Virus record (IMG/VR): IMGVR_UViG_3300047390_000225
Location: 1-26,068 of that record
Reading direction: 5' to 3' (one strand)
DNA length: 26,068 bases
Source: a virus
Taxonomy: Duplodnaviria; Caudoviricetes
The notes beneath the pieces were generated by a model. The model had not been told where the DNA came from. It saw only the letters and a program-made list of their open reading frames with translations, and did not search any database. Positions 1 to 7,500 of this stretch are shown one piece after another. The position numbers and the translations under genes were made by a program. Position 1 is the first letter of the stretch. Each line of letters starts with the position of its first letter.

Positions 1-115
1 TAGGACTTGGGTTTCTGTTGGATTCAATCCCCGCAGATTTGGATTAGGGTTTAGTGTAGACAGATACAACTTAAGCATAGACTTTGTTTGCTTCTGGATA
101 AACATTGAATACTAA
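1..115 (+). CDS. 3' end of a small hypothetical protein (truncated by window start)
   Basis: Frame starting at base 2 is open: RTWVSVGFNPRRFGLGFSVDRYNLSIDFVCFWINIEY, then TAA at 113-115. Not in the ORF track. Confidence 0.5.
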   Translation, partial: RTWVSVGFNPRRFGLGFSVDRYNLSIDFVCFWINIEY

Positions 116-128
116 TGAAATAGTAAGG

Positions 129-233
129 ATGTCTGTGCTTATGACTGAGATGGACACTGGCTTTATTCTTACCCCAGAATATAGAGAAGATATGATTAAG
201 AGAATATTGGCTAAAGTAGAAGAATCTAACTAA
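129..233 (+). CDS. small hypothetical protein (34 aa; alternative TTG start at 105)
   Basis: ATG129 MSVLMTEMDTGFILTPEYREDMIKRILAKVEESN, TAA 231-233. Fills the gap between neighbouring genes. Confidence 0.5.
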   Translation: MSVLMTEMDTGFILTPEYREDMIKRILAKVEESN

Positions 234-235
234 GA

Positions 236-253
236 GTGCACCGCTAGGTGCAT
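236..253 (+). terminator. hairpin after stop codon, possible weak terminator
   Basis: GTGCACC-GCTA-GGTGCAT stem-loop 2 nt after TAA. No immediate U-tract; T-rich sequence starts about 8 nt later. Confidence 0.3.
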
Positions 254-304
254 ATATCAGTTTACTCTTTCTATTTTTCGCCGAACTTTAAAACTTAAAA
301 TCAA

Positions 305-319
305 TGATATAATCATTTA
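305..319 (+). promoter_or_regulatory. extended -10 promoter, leaderless
   Basis: TGATATAAT (305-313), 6 nt spacer, ATG320, no Shine-Dalgarno. Confidence 0.7.
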
Positions 320-604
320 ATGGCCCAACACAGATTAGTCAATTTAAGCAATTCTACCGCCGAACTTTTAAGCCCGTTTGGCAGACACTCAGGTGTAGAC
401 ATTACAATTCAAAATGTTAACGCAGATGGGTACGTTTATATTGGTGCAAACAATGCAGTAGTATCTACCAACTATGGCTACCGTATTTCACCAAATAGTG
501 CTGTATCTTTTGAACTACCAGGCACTGACGCATTGTATGCAATAGGTTCAACAACTGGATTAAAAGCAGCAGTTATAACTACTAACCTAGACTCTGGTTC
601 GTAA
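320..604 (+). CDS. hypothetical beta-rich protein, probable virion structural/decoration component
   Basis: 94 aa ORF with ITIQN...YVYIG...GYRI.P..S..FEL...DALYAI pattern typical of small phage beta-sandwich proteins. TAATG coupling to the next gene. Confidence 0.6.
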   Translation: MAQHRLVNLSNSTAELLSPFGRHSGVDITIQNVNADGYVYIGANNAVVSTNYGYRISPNSAVSFELPGTDALYAIGSTTGLKAAVITTNLDSGS

Positions 605-1359
605 TGGCAAGATTTACTCAGCCTACAAGCGGTGACGGTTCTGGATTACCAGGACCACAAGGAGATCCAGGCCCAGCAGGTGCTGATGGAGCAGATGGTG
701 CAGACGGACAATACCCAAACTACTTAGGCGAATATAACAACGGTGCTTCATATGCAATTGGCGCAATTGTAAGTATTCCAGTTGGAAGCCCTTATGGAAA
801 CCCTGGACAATTATTTATAAGATCTAGCAACCCAGGTAATCCTGGTTATGCACCAGGAACAGAGTCTTGGACAGAGTATACAAATGGACTTGTAGTTGCA
901 GGTCTTCCAGCATACCTTCCATTAAAAGCGTTTCAAGAAGCAAGCAACTACGCAGTTAACTATGAGTTTTTTAGTCACGCTACATACGGACATGCAATTG
1001 GAATTGCAAGAACTCCACAGGTAGATGCGTATATGAACTACGCTATAGCCACAGGAGTGCCACAGTCTTGGACCTTTAAGTCCTTTGGAGAGCATGCAAG
1101 TTTTACGTTGACACTAGGCGTTCCCTATCCAAACGTAGAAAACGTTGCTCCAAATAAAGAAATTTGGAACTTAAACTATGATTCTACTGCTTACAGTGCT
1201 ATTGCATCAGGGCTTACAAATGGAAACGAATACGGCCTATTCTTAACAAAAACTGGTGCGTTAGGCGCCGATGGGTTTACAGGAACTTTTAATATCGATG
1301 GACCAGCATTGGTTTCAGTTGTCGATGGAATCGTTGTACAAGTAAACTCATTAACTTAA
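604..1359 (+). CDS. collagen-repeat-containing protein, probable tail fibre/virion appendage
   Basis: Gly-X-Y run GLPGPQGDPGPAGADGADGADGQ, followed by a CBM5/12-like segment (YNNGASYAIGAIV...PGTESW). Confidence 0.65.
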   Translation: MARFTQPTSGDGSGLPGPQGDPGPAGADGADGADGQYPNYLGEYNNGASYAIGAIVSIPVGSPYGNPGQLFIRSSNPGNPGYAPGTESWTEYTNGLVVAGLPAYLPLKAFQEASNYAVNYEFFSHATYGHAIGIARTPQVDAYMNYAIATGVPQSWTFKSFGEHASFTLTLGVPYPNVENVAPNKEIWNLNYDSTAYSAIASGLTNGNEYGLFLTKTGALGADGFTGTFNIDGPALVSVVDGIVVQVNSLT

Positions 1360-1673
1360 TCTTTAATTATAGTATTAATTATTTTAATTACCTTTTTTGA
1401 TGATATCTTCTCACTACTAAAGGCTTCAGTATAACCATCTTGGGGCATGTCTTCTTTGTTTAAGTACCGCCCAGGAAATCTATTACGAAAAACCTTTAAA
1501 ACCTCCTGCTCTACAGACCTAGCAACTTCCCTATTCTCAAAATACCAATAGTCAATTAACATCCAGCCTTTGACCCTGTGCTGTGAATATCTACGATTAG
1601 ATAGGTTAGATATGCCAACCTTGAACGCCTTTAGGGCTGGAGAATATATTAAATATAGTAATGCTCTTTCCAT
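1356..1673 (-). CDS. GIY-YIG superfamily (T5orf172/MUG113-like) protein
   Basis: LYLIY...FKVGIS...RRYSQH...EQEVL...GYTEAF motif order. Confidence 0.7.
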   Translation of the reverse strand: MERALLYLIYSPALKAFKVGISNLSNRRYSQHRVKGWMLIDYWYFENREVARSVEQEVLKVFRNRFPGRYLNKEDMPQDGYTEAFSSEKISSKKVIKIINTIIKD

Positions 1674-1716
1674 TTATACATTATATCTTGACTTATCCCC
1701 TTTTGTTTGGTATACT
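1674..1716. promoter_or_regulatory. divergent promoter pair
   Basis: Minus: TATAAT 1685-1680, 6 nt, ATG1673 (leaderless). Plus: TTGACT 1688-1693, 17 nt, TATACT 1711-1716, then GAGGAG SD and ATG1735. Confidence 0.8.
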
Positions 1717-1734
1717 GATACAAAGAGGAGTAAC

Positions 1735-1857
1735 ATGACAGCATTACTTATGATGTTTAGTTTTTTTGCAGGGTTTATTGTGTGCTACATTGGCATGACA
1801 TATGGAGTTGATCAAGAAGGTACTTGGGTCAGTAACAAAGAATTTGATAGTGAGTAG
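1735..1857 (+). CDS. small single-TM membrane protein (40 aa)
   Basis: True start re-assigned from 1570 to ATG1735 (SD GAGGAG, promoter upstream): MTALLMMFSFFAGFIVCYIGMTYGVDQEG... Confidence 0.7.
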   Translation: MTALLMMFSFFAGFIVCYIGMTYGVDQEGTWVSNKEFDSE

Positions 1858-1960
1858 TAGGACGGCCATCTGTGAAAAATGTAACAAAGAGATTGAAGTT
1901 AGATGGGGAATTTTTGCCAATCAAACCCTTTCAAGACACTATGGCTTGGAGCATAAATGA
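1850..1960 (+). CDS. small C2H2-type zinc-finger-like protein (36 aa)
   Basis: GTG1850: MSSRTAICEKCNKEIEVRWGIFANQTLSRHYGLEHK, TGA. CxxC...HxxxxH. Overlaps both neighbours (ATGA coupling at 1957-1960). Not in the ORF track. Confidence 0.7.
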   Translation: MSSRTAICEKCNKEIEVRWGIFANQTLSRHYGLEHK

Positions 1961-2139
1961 AAAAAAATAACAACGATAAAAATAAGATTAAGATAAGAAG
2001 ATCTAGAAAAAATAAAAAACGATTGTTAAATAAGAAAAAACAGTCTAATCTTTTGGTCAAGTATGAAGTGCTTCGACAGTCATTGTTGTCTAATTCTATT
2101 CAAAGAATAACTGATGTAAAAAATGATGAGGCTAAGTAA
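1957..2139 (+). CDS. small highly basic hypothetical protein
   Basis: 60 aa, K/R-rich N-terminal half. Coupled by ATGA and TAATG overlaps. Confidence 0.55.
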   Translation: MKKNNNDKNKIKIRRSRKNKKRLLNKKKQSNLLVKYEVLRQSLLSNSIQRITDVKNDEAK

Positions 2140-2309
2140 TGAATTCAGAATTACACAAAAAAATAACAAATATTCTTTTTGAAGAAATAGGTAAAATAAA
2201 AGTTCATATTATAGATCCAAATAGTTCTATTCTCGAAATTGAGTATGAACTTATAGCAGATAGAATTATCAATGAAATTGAGGACTTAAATGGACAAGCA
2301 TTACTTTGA
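2139..2309 (+). CDS. small hypothetical protein (56 aa)
   Basis: ATG2139 MNSELHKKITNILFEEIGKIKVHIIDPNSSILEIEYELIADRIINEIEDLNGQALL, TGA. TAATG overlap upstream. Not in the ORF track. Confidence 0.7.
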   Translation: MNSELHKKITNILFEEIGKIKVHIIDPNSSILEIEYELIADRIINEIEDLNGQALL

Positions 2310-2946
2310 GTCAAGCAACTGGTCTACAGAAGATTTTCTTAAGTCTGACGAACTTAAAGATTTCCCACCTGTTTATGATAACGTAACTAAAGTAATTGGA
2401 ACTAATATTGACACAATTAAAATAGTTGAAAATTTTATGCCAAAACACGATGTTGATATTTTGATGAATAGATTAAATATAATGTATGAAATAGTTGCAG
2501 CCGACAATAATACTTTCAAGCAAATAGAAAATGAATCAAAAACATTAACTTTAAAATATAAAGAAAAAATTAAAATAAATGCAGAAAAATTTTTTAATTT
2601 AAAATTAGAATATGATAATTATGCAAGTCCTGCTCACAGTCCTGATTCTTATTTTTCTGGAAGAAAAAAGAATATGGCCACTGGAATACATACAGATAAT
2701 TTAGATATAGATAAACACAAATATGACAAATATAACTGGAGCGGACACATATCAAATTTAATTTATTTAAATGATGATTATGAAGGGGGAGAGTTATTTT
2801 TTCCACATCATAACCTCAAAATAAAACCGAAGCCAGGAATGTTAGTGTCATTTCCAGGTAATTGGTGGAATAGGCATGCAATTTTTCCTGCTAGTAACAT
2901 GAGGTTTGCAATGTCAATATTTCTTAAAATTAAAGATTTTGAATAG
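2290..2946 (+). CDS. 2OG-Fe(II) oxygenase (prolyl 4-hydroxylase-like)
   Basis: HTD (HxD), IYLNDDYEGGELFF, KPKPGMLVSFP, distal H (RHAI), R (MRF). Confidence 0.9.
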   Translation: MDKHYFESSNWSTEDFLKSDELKDFPPVYDNVTKVIGTNIDTIKIVENFMPKHDVDILMNRLNIMYEIVAADNNTFKQIENESKTLTLKYKEKIKINAEKFFNLKLEYDNYASPAHSPDSYFSGRKKNMATGIHTDNLDIDKHKYDKYNWSGHISNLIYLNDDYEGGELFFPHHNLKIKPKPGMLVSFPGNWWNRHAIFPASNMRFAMSIFLKIKDFE

Positions 2947-2972
2947 TGTATAATAATATAAAAGGAGACAAT

Positions 2973-3068
2973 GTGAACTTAAAAAAAGCAAGTCAAAGCG
3001 TAGTAGCGTTATTTTTACTAATTGCTATTTTTGCTGGTATTACAGCAGTTTATCTATTGGCTAAATAA
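2973..3068 (+). CDS. small single-TM membrane protein (31 aa)
   Basis: TATAAT 2949-2954, AAGGAG SD, GTG2973: MNLKKASQSVVALFLLIAIFAGITAVYLLAK. Not in the ORF track. Confidence 0.65.
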   Translation: MNLKKASQSVVALFLLIAIFAGITAVYLLAK

Positions 3069-3217
3069 TGTCAAAAAGATCATCTGGCAGTTATAGTAGA
3101 AGTAATTCTTTTAATCCATTACAAATTAAAAATGGAATGATAGTTAGAATTGGCAAAGACGGCAAAATCCGTCAAGTTTTAGGAAAATATGGAGAATATA
3201 AAGGCAAAGATAAGTAG
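3068..3217 (+). CDS. small basic hypothetical protein (49 aa)
   Basis: TAATG coupling; MSKRSSGSYSRSNSFNPLQIKNGMIVRIGKDGKIRQVLGKYGEYKGKDK, TAG. Not in the ORF track. Confidence 0.7.
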   Translation: MSKRSSGSYSRSNSFNPLQIKNGMIVRIGKDGKIRQVLGKYGEYKGKDK

Positions 3218-3221
3218 TATT

Positions 3222-4061
3222 TTATTTTTTGCATTTTCTATTTTTTAGTTTAATACATTTCTTTTTTATTGTTGATTTATTTTTTATAACTGTGTTTTGT
3301 TTTTTTGTTACAATAACTGAAGCAACCATTAATTTAGCATTGTCTATAAGACTGACATGTTTATAGACAGGATCAAACAATAATGTTTTTTTACCTCCGC
3401 CATTCCAAAGCCCACAATTAGGCTGATTCCAACCGTGGCTCGTAGCGCCTAAATAAACCTCTTCCCCTTCATAAATTATTGTATTTGGTCCACCAGAATC
3501 TCCGCTACAAACACCGCCATCTCCATTATTAGATATTTCTATTTCATTAGATATGTTTACAATTGTCCCATAAAAAAAGTGAGCATCTCTAACTATTTCT
3601 GCTTCATTTCTACTAGGGCTCTGATAACCATAGCCAGAAATTTTGGCTTGAACTTGACCATTATATATTTTGTTTTTTATTTCTTCATTAAGTAAAACAA
3701 TTTTATTATTAATCTCAATTGGTTTTGACAAAATCAATATAGCAAAATCATTTTCATAAGGGCTTAGTTTATTATACTGATCAGCAAACAAAATATCTTG
3801 TATAGAAACTTTTTCTGCATTTGGTCCAGCAGTTTGATTTGGCAACCCAACGTATGTCGGCAGATGGGCATGAATTAAACAATGTGCAGCAGTAAAAACA
3901 ATTCTTGGTTCATATAAGTAACCGCTGCATCCAGGCTGTTGTTCCCAATAAAGTACAACTACCCTGCTAATATTATTTTCTTTTTGACCATTTTCAATAG
4001 CAAAAGACGGACTTGCCCCAAGGGATAGTAGAATTGAAAACGCTAATATTTTTTTTATCAT
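3222..4061 (-). CDS. secreted trypsin-like (S1) serine protease
   Basis: Catalytic motifs TAAHC, NDFAIL, CSGDSGGP. Signal peptide MIKKILAFSILLSLGASPSFA. Start moved from 4127 to ATG4061, directly behind a consensus promoter. Confidence 0.92.
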   Translation of the reverse strand: MIKKILAFSILLSLGASPSFAIENGQKENNISRVVVLYWEQQPGCSGYLYEPRIVFTAAHCLIHAHLPTYVGLPNQTAGPNAEKVSIQDILFADQYNKLSPYENDFAILILSKPIEINNKIVLLNEEIKNKIYNGQVQAKISGYGYQSPSRNEAEIVRDAHFFYGTIVNISNEIEISNNGDGGVCSGDSGGPNTIIYEGEEVYLGATSHGWNQPNCGLWNGGGKKTLLFDPVYKHVSLIDNAKLMVASVIVTKKQNTVIKNKSTIKKKCIKLKNRKCKK

Positions 4062-4096
4062 GCTATAAGTATATCCAATTGAATGTGTTTTGTCAA
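4062..4096 (-). promoter_or_regulatory. consensus sigma70/SigA promoter, leaderless
   Basis: TTGACA (4096-4091), 17 nt, TATACT (4073-4068), 6 nt, ATG4061. Confidence 0.85.
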
Positions 4097-4097
4097 T

Positions 4098-4125
4098 AAA
4101 AAAGGCCACACATTTCTGCATGGCC
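4098..4125 (-). terminator. intrinsic terminator
   Basis: Minus strand GGCCATGCA-GAAA-TGTGTGGCC followed by TTTTTT, downstream of the 4142 stop. Confidence 0.85.
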
Positions 4126-4141
4126 AATTTTATATTATATT

Positions 4142-4423
4142 TTACTTTTTCTTTGCTGATGCCTTTTGAGCAGCCTTCTTTGCAGGCGCCTTAGCAGCCT
4201 TTAAAGCCTTATCTACGGAATCAACTGTTGGCAAGATGCCAAAAGCCTGATCTCCTGGATTAATTGCTCTCAATGCAACGGGCGCAATGGCTGCAACTAA
4301 TGCAGCCCAAAGATCTTTTGGATCTGTTACTCCAGACATGTATAGTGCAAGTCCAGCACCAAGTACTGAACGACCATAGGATGCTCCCATAGCCTTTAAT
4401 TGTTTAGTGTCAATGTTTGACAT
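4142..4423 (-). CDS. small membrane protein, holin-like, with Ala/Lys-rich C-tail
   Basis: Start ATG4423 (AAGGAG SD). Two hydrophobic segments (SVLGAGLALYMSG; LWAALVAAIAPVAL). Tail KAAKAPAKKAAQKASAKKK. Own promoter and terminator. Confidence 0.55.
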   Translation of the reverse strand: MSNIDTKQLKAMGASYGRSVLGAGLALYMSGVTDPKDLWAALVAAIAPVALRAINPGDQAFGILPTVDSVDKALKAAKAPAKKAAQKASAKKK

Positions 4424-4470
4424 GTTTCTCCTTTTCGACAATTGTCTTTCACCCCTTTCAGGGTATATTA

Positions 4471-4499
4471 ATTATAGCACCTTAGACTAGGCTATGCAA
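4471..4499 (-). promoter_or_regulatory. sigma70/SigA promoter
   Basis: TTGCAT (4499-4494), 17 nt, TATAAT (4476-4471) with TG extension. Confidence 0.7.
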
Positions 4500-4515
4500 G
4501 GCATGAATAATAGGC

Positions 4516-4608
4516 TTAATAGATAAATGGCTTTGGGTTTTTAAGTTGTTTTTTTAACTTTCTAATTTGATTTTTTACTATAATAATTTTTATTAGCCTT
4601 TTAATCAT
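4516..4608 (-). CDS. small basic peptide (30 aa)
   Basis: TAATG coupling at 4608; MIKRLIKIIIVKNQIRKLKKQLKNPKPFIY, TAA. Not in the ORF track. Confidence 0.6.
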   Translation of the reverse strand: MIKRLIKIIIVKNQIRKLKKQLKNPKPFIY

Positions 4609-5560
4609 TATTTTTGTAAATCCTTCCATAAAGAATAAAAACTATCTGCCCAAAAATTATGGAAAATGATTCCGTAATGACCATCTCTTTTGTTTATGTC
4701 AAATTTAGTTTTTTCATTAGTCTTATACCACTCAGTAGTATAAGAACTTAATAAATTTTTTGCATCCAGGTCTAAAAAATTTTCAAACATATTTAGATTA
4801 ATTAGATTTTTAGCATCTAATGGATCCCACGTTGAAAAAAATAATTTAATATTGTTATCTATACATATCTTATTAAACATTTTCCATGCAAGAAGAAATT
4901 TTAAAAAATCTTCATTGTATTCTTTTTCTTCTGATAAAAACTTTTCAGTAGTTCTTTGTTCTTTATTAACCACATAGTGACCCTTTGGGTACAACTGATC
5001 ATGTCTCCAGTCTGCCATGACCAAATTTTCTCCAGACAAAATAACTTTATGAAATTTATGCATTCTTTGATGGTTAGGCAATAAAATAAAATATACATCT
5101 GGATAGCCATATGTTTCAAAATAAATTAAAGCATTTGTGATAATTTTTGTCCAACCCCAGCCAGACCTTGAAAGATTAAAAAATCCAGAACACTTTGTAT
5201 CTTTTATAATTTTATTATATAATATGTTTGTCCAAGAATTCTCTATATTGCTTCCAACCCCCTCGCTTTCTGAGCATCCACTAAATAAAACATGAAGTCC
5301 ATCATGATTGTTTGTAAAATTATCTGACCTAAAAAAATTGTCGTTATATTTATACTCTACGCTCATATCTAAATCATCTATCCCCAATTCAGAAGAAGCC
5401 TTGTATAATATTTTATTTTCTTCTACATTGATAAATTGAGATAAATCAAATTTATTCTTAGTTAAATCAGTAAAGCAATCTGCCTCTCTAATTAAATCAA
5501 ATGACATTATTTTTGTAAATCCTTCCATAAAGAATAAAAACTATCTGCCCAAAAATTATG
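4606..5560. repeat. 56 bp identical direct repeat (4606-4661 and 5505-5560) within a tandem gene duplication
   Basis: cattatttttgtaaatccttccataaagaataaaaactatctgcccaaaaattatg occurs at both positions (HNFWADSFYSLWKDLQK-stop plus the next ATG). Confidence 0.9.
4608..5507 (-). CDS. SGNH/GDSL hydrolase-like protein, paralog 2
   Basis: FSGCSESEG (block I), FNLSRSGWG (block II), RDGH near the C-terminus. Start ATG5507 by TAATG coupling (track gives 5528). Confidence 0.6.
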   Translation of the reverse strand: MSFDLIREADCFTDLTKNKFDLSQFINVEENKILYKASSELGIDDLDMSVEYKYNDNFFRSDNFTNNHDGLHVLFSGCSESEGVGSNIENSWTNILYNKIIKDTKCSGFFNLSRSGWGWTKIITNALIYFETYGYPDVYFILLPNHQRMHKFHKVILSGENLVMADWRHDQLYPKGHYVVNKEQRTTEKFLSEEKEYNEDFLKFLLAWKMFNKICIDNNIKLFFSTWDPLDAKNLINLNMFENFLDLDAKNLLSSYTTEWYKTNEKTKFDINKRDGHYGIIFHNFWADSFYSLWKDLQK

Positions 5561-6388
5561 AATAATTATACCATTATGTCCATCTCTTTTTCTTAGATCA
5601 TATTTAGTTTTTTCATTAGTTTCGTACCATTTATTTATATATGGTCCACAATTATTCTTGCTATCCATATTTAAAAAATTTTCAAACATATTTAAATTAT
5701 CAAGATTATCAGAGTCTAGTTCGTCCCATGTTGAAAAAATTAAGTTAATATTATTGTCTTTGCATATTTTATTAAATAATTTCCACCCTAAAAGAAATTT
5801 TAAAAAGTCTTCATTATATTCTTTTTCGTCTGATATAAATTTTTCGGTTTTTTTATTCTTTTCTCTACTAAGATAGTATCCTTTTGGGTACAACTGTTCA
5901 TGTTTCCAGAATGAACCTCCATTATCCCCTCTATAAAATTTATGCATTCTTTGATTATTTGGTAATAAAATAAAATATACATCTGGATAGCCATATGTCT
6001 CAAAATAAATTAAAGCATTGGTAATAATTTTTGACCAGCCCCAACCAGATCTTGAAAGATTAAAAAATCCAGAACACTTAATATCTTTTGAAATTTTATT
6101 ATATAGAATGTTAGTCCAAGCGTTTTCTATATTATCGCCAACACCCTCGCTTTCTGAGCATCCGCTAAACAGGATATGGAGTCCATCATGATTAGTTGTG
6201 AAATTGTCTGATCTAAAAAACATATCATTATTCTTGTACTCTACACTTTTATCTGTATCTTTTATTTCTTTTTCAGATAAGGCTCTATATAATATTTTAT
6301 TTTCTTTTACGCCTAAAAATTGAGATAAATCAAATTTATTTTTAGTTAAATCAGTAAAAGATAACTCCTCGTTAATTAAATCAAACAA
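5507..6388 (-). CDS. SGNH/GDSL hydrolase-like protein, paralog 1
   Basis: Same motifs as 4608..5507 and collinear along the whole length. TTG start. Confidence 0.6.
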   Translation of the reverse strand: MFDLINEELSFTDLTKNKFDLSQFLGVKENKILYRALSEKEIKDTDKSVEYKNNDMFFRSDNFTTNHDGLHILFSGCSESEGVGDNIENAWTNILYNKISKDIKCSGFFNLSRSGWGWSKIITNALIYFETYGYPDVYFILLPNNQRMHKFYRGDNGGSFWKHEQLYPKGYYLSREKNKKTEKFISDEKEYNEDFLKFLLGWKLFNKICKDNNINLIFSTWDELDSDNLDNLNMFENFLNMDSKNNCGPYINKWYETNEKTKYDLRKRDGHNGIIIHNFWADSFYSLWKDLQK

Positions 6389-6393
6389 TATAT

Positions 6394-7092
6394 TTACCCC
6401 CTTCTCTTAATATAAATATCATAAAACCCTAAAGAATGTAGTGCGAGCCCATCAACATGCCAATTTTTATTATTCCACAAAAACTCGTTTACAACATTGA
6501 ATGTAGAATATGGAACATCTCCAATAATACCATCGTAGATTGTGTAGTCGTTTAGTCCTATAATAGAGCCAACTTTTGTTTTTTCTGCTGCAGTATGTAA
6601 AAGTGGTCTAATCGACAACCTATCATTTAGTGTGTCTAGGTATATATAATCATATATTTCTGTTAACTTTGGAAGAATTAGCCTTACATCTCCTTGAAAT
6701 AATTTAACATTTTTATATTGTTTAAATTTATCTTCAATAAAAGGTACTTGATCTTTCTCTGTATACAATAATTCATGTTTTGTTGGTTCGCATAAGCATT
6801 CGCCAAATTCTCTCCAGGACCAACATTTTAAGTCCCCTCGAAAATAGTCAAACAAGTGTATGAGTTCTGGTTCGGTTTGTTGAGCAACTAATTCAGAGTA
6901 ATATCCCCAAGCAACTCCAGCCTCCATAAACTTTATTCCTTTAGGCAGTGTCTTTATATACTCTTCTCTATTGGTATAAATTTTTGCACCATTTAGTTGT
7001 TCTTGATCAATAAGATAGGCGCATTCAATTTCATCGTCTTTAACCCTAGTTGCATGCCCCCCAATAATTGGCGGTACTGGCCTTCTTGCCAT
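6394..7092 (-). CDS. class I SAM-dependent methyltransferase (Methyltransf_24-like)
   Basis: MEAGVAWGYYS motif I, LFD, YDYIYLDT, GSIIGLNDY. Start ATG7092 with GGAGGAG SD (track gives 7152). Confidence 0.8.
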   Translation of the reverse strand: MARRPVPPIIGGHATRVKDDEIECAYLIDQEQLNGAKIYTNREEYIKTLPKGIKFMEAGVAWGYYSELVAQQTEPELIHLFDYFRGDLKCWSWREFGECLCEPTKHELLYTEKDQVPFIEDKFKQYKNVKLFQGDVRLILPKLTEIYDYIYLDTLNDRLSIRPLLHTAAEKTKVGSIIGLNDYTIYDGIIGDVPYSTFNVVNEFLWNNKNWHVDGLALHSLGFYDIYIKRRG

Positions 7093-7093
7093 C

Positions 7094-7267
7094 TTATAAC
7101 TCTCCTCCGTCAACTTCAGTCGGCGCTGTTGCCAAAGATCCGCAATCAGCACACTTCATATCTAAGAAATATAATGCGATGGCGCCATCTTCAAACATTG
7201 CCTTAATATTCCAAACCTTAGAGCCACATATACATATGTGTGTAGGTGTTCCACGCAAGTCAACCAT
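7094..7267 (-). CDS. small zinc-ribbon protein (57 aa)
   Basis: MVDLRGTPTHICICGSKVWNIKAMFEDGAIALYFLDMKCADCGSLATAPTEVDGGEL. CxC...CxxC. Fills the gap between neighbours. Not in the ORF track. Confidence 0.8.
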   Translation of the reverse strand: MVDLRGTPTHICICGSKVWNIKAMFEDGAIALYFLDMKCADCGSLATAPTEVDGGEL

Positions 7268-7269
7268 TT

Positions 7270-7500
7270 TTATTTAATAGCCTTTCGTGTTAATAATACA
7301 ACAGCGCCATTGTCTTCAAGTGCTTTCTTGATTTTTACCATGTACTGTACTGCTTCTATTTTATCATCATGGCCCAGCCTAACAAAAGCCTTTTCATCGG
7401 CACGAATAACTAAAAAATGTTCGTTATCTACCAAATCAACACTAAACCCTTTTGGCGCCTTAATAGACCTAAAGGCTTTACGCATTGCATCCGTATACAT
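7270..7500 (-). CDS. hypothetical protein (76 aa)
   Basis: Start ATG7500 by TAATG coupling with whiB: MYTDAMRKAFRSIKAPKGF... Confidence 0.75.
   Translation of the reverse strand: MYTDAMRKAFRSIKAPKGFSVDLVDNEHFLVIRADEKAFVRLGHDDKIEAVQYMVKIKKALEDNGAVVLLTRKAIK

Noticed and set aside
1356-1673. Homing endonuclease in an intron or mobile element
   Set aside because: Free-standing 105-aa gene with no interrupted host gene, intron structure or DNA-binding extension.
1570-1734. 5' extension of ORF 1570..1857
   Set aside because: Overlaps the opposite-strand GIY-YIG-like gene and a consensus promoter. The SD supports ATG1735.
2971-2976. ATG-TGA start-stop element after AAGGAG
   Set aside because: The ATG is only 3 nt from the SD. 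The overlapping GTG2973 opens a sensible membrane-peptide ORF, so a regulatory minimal ORF is not needed.
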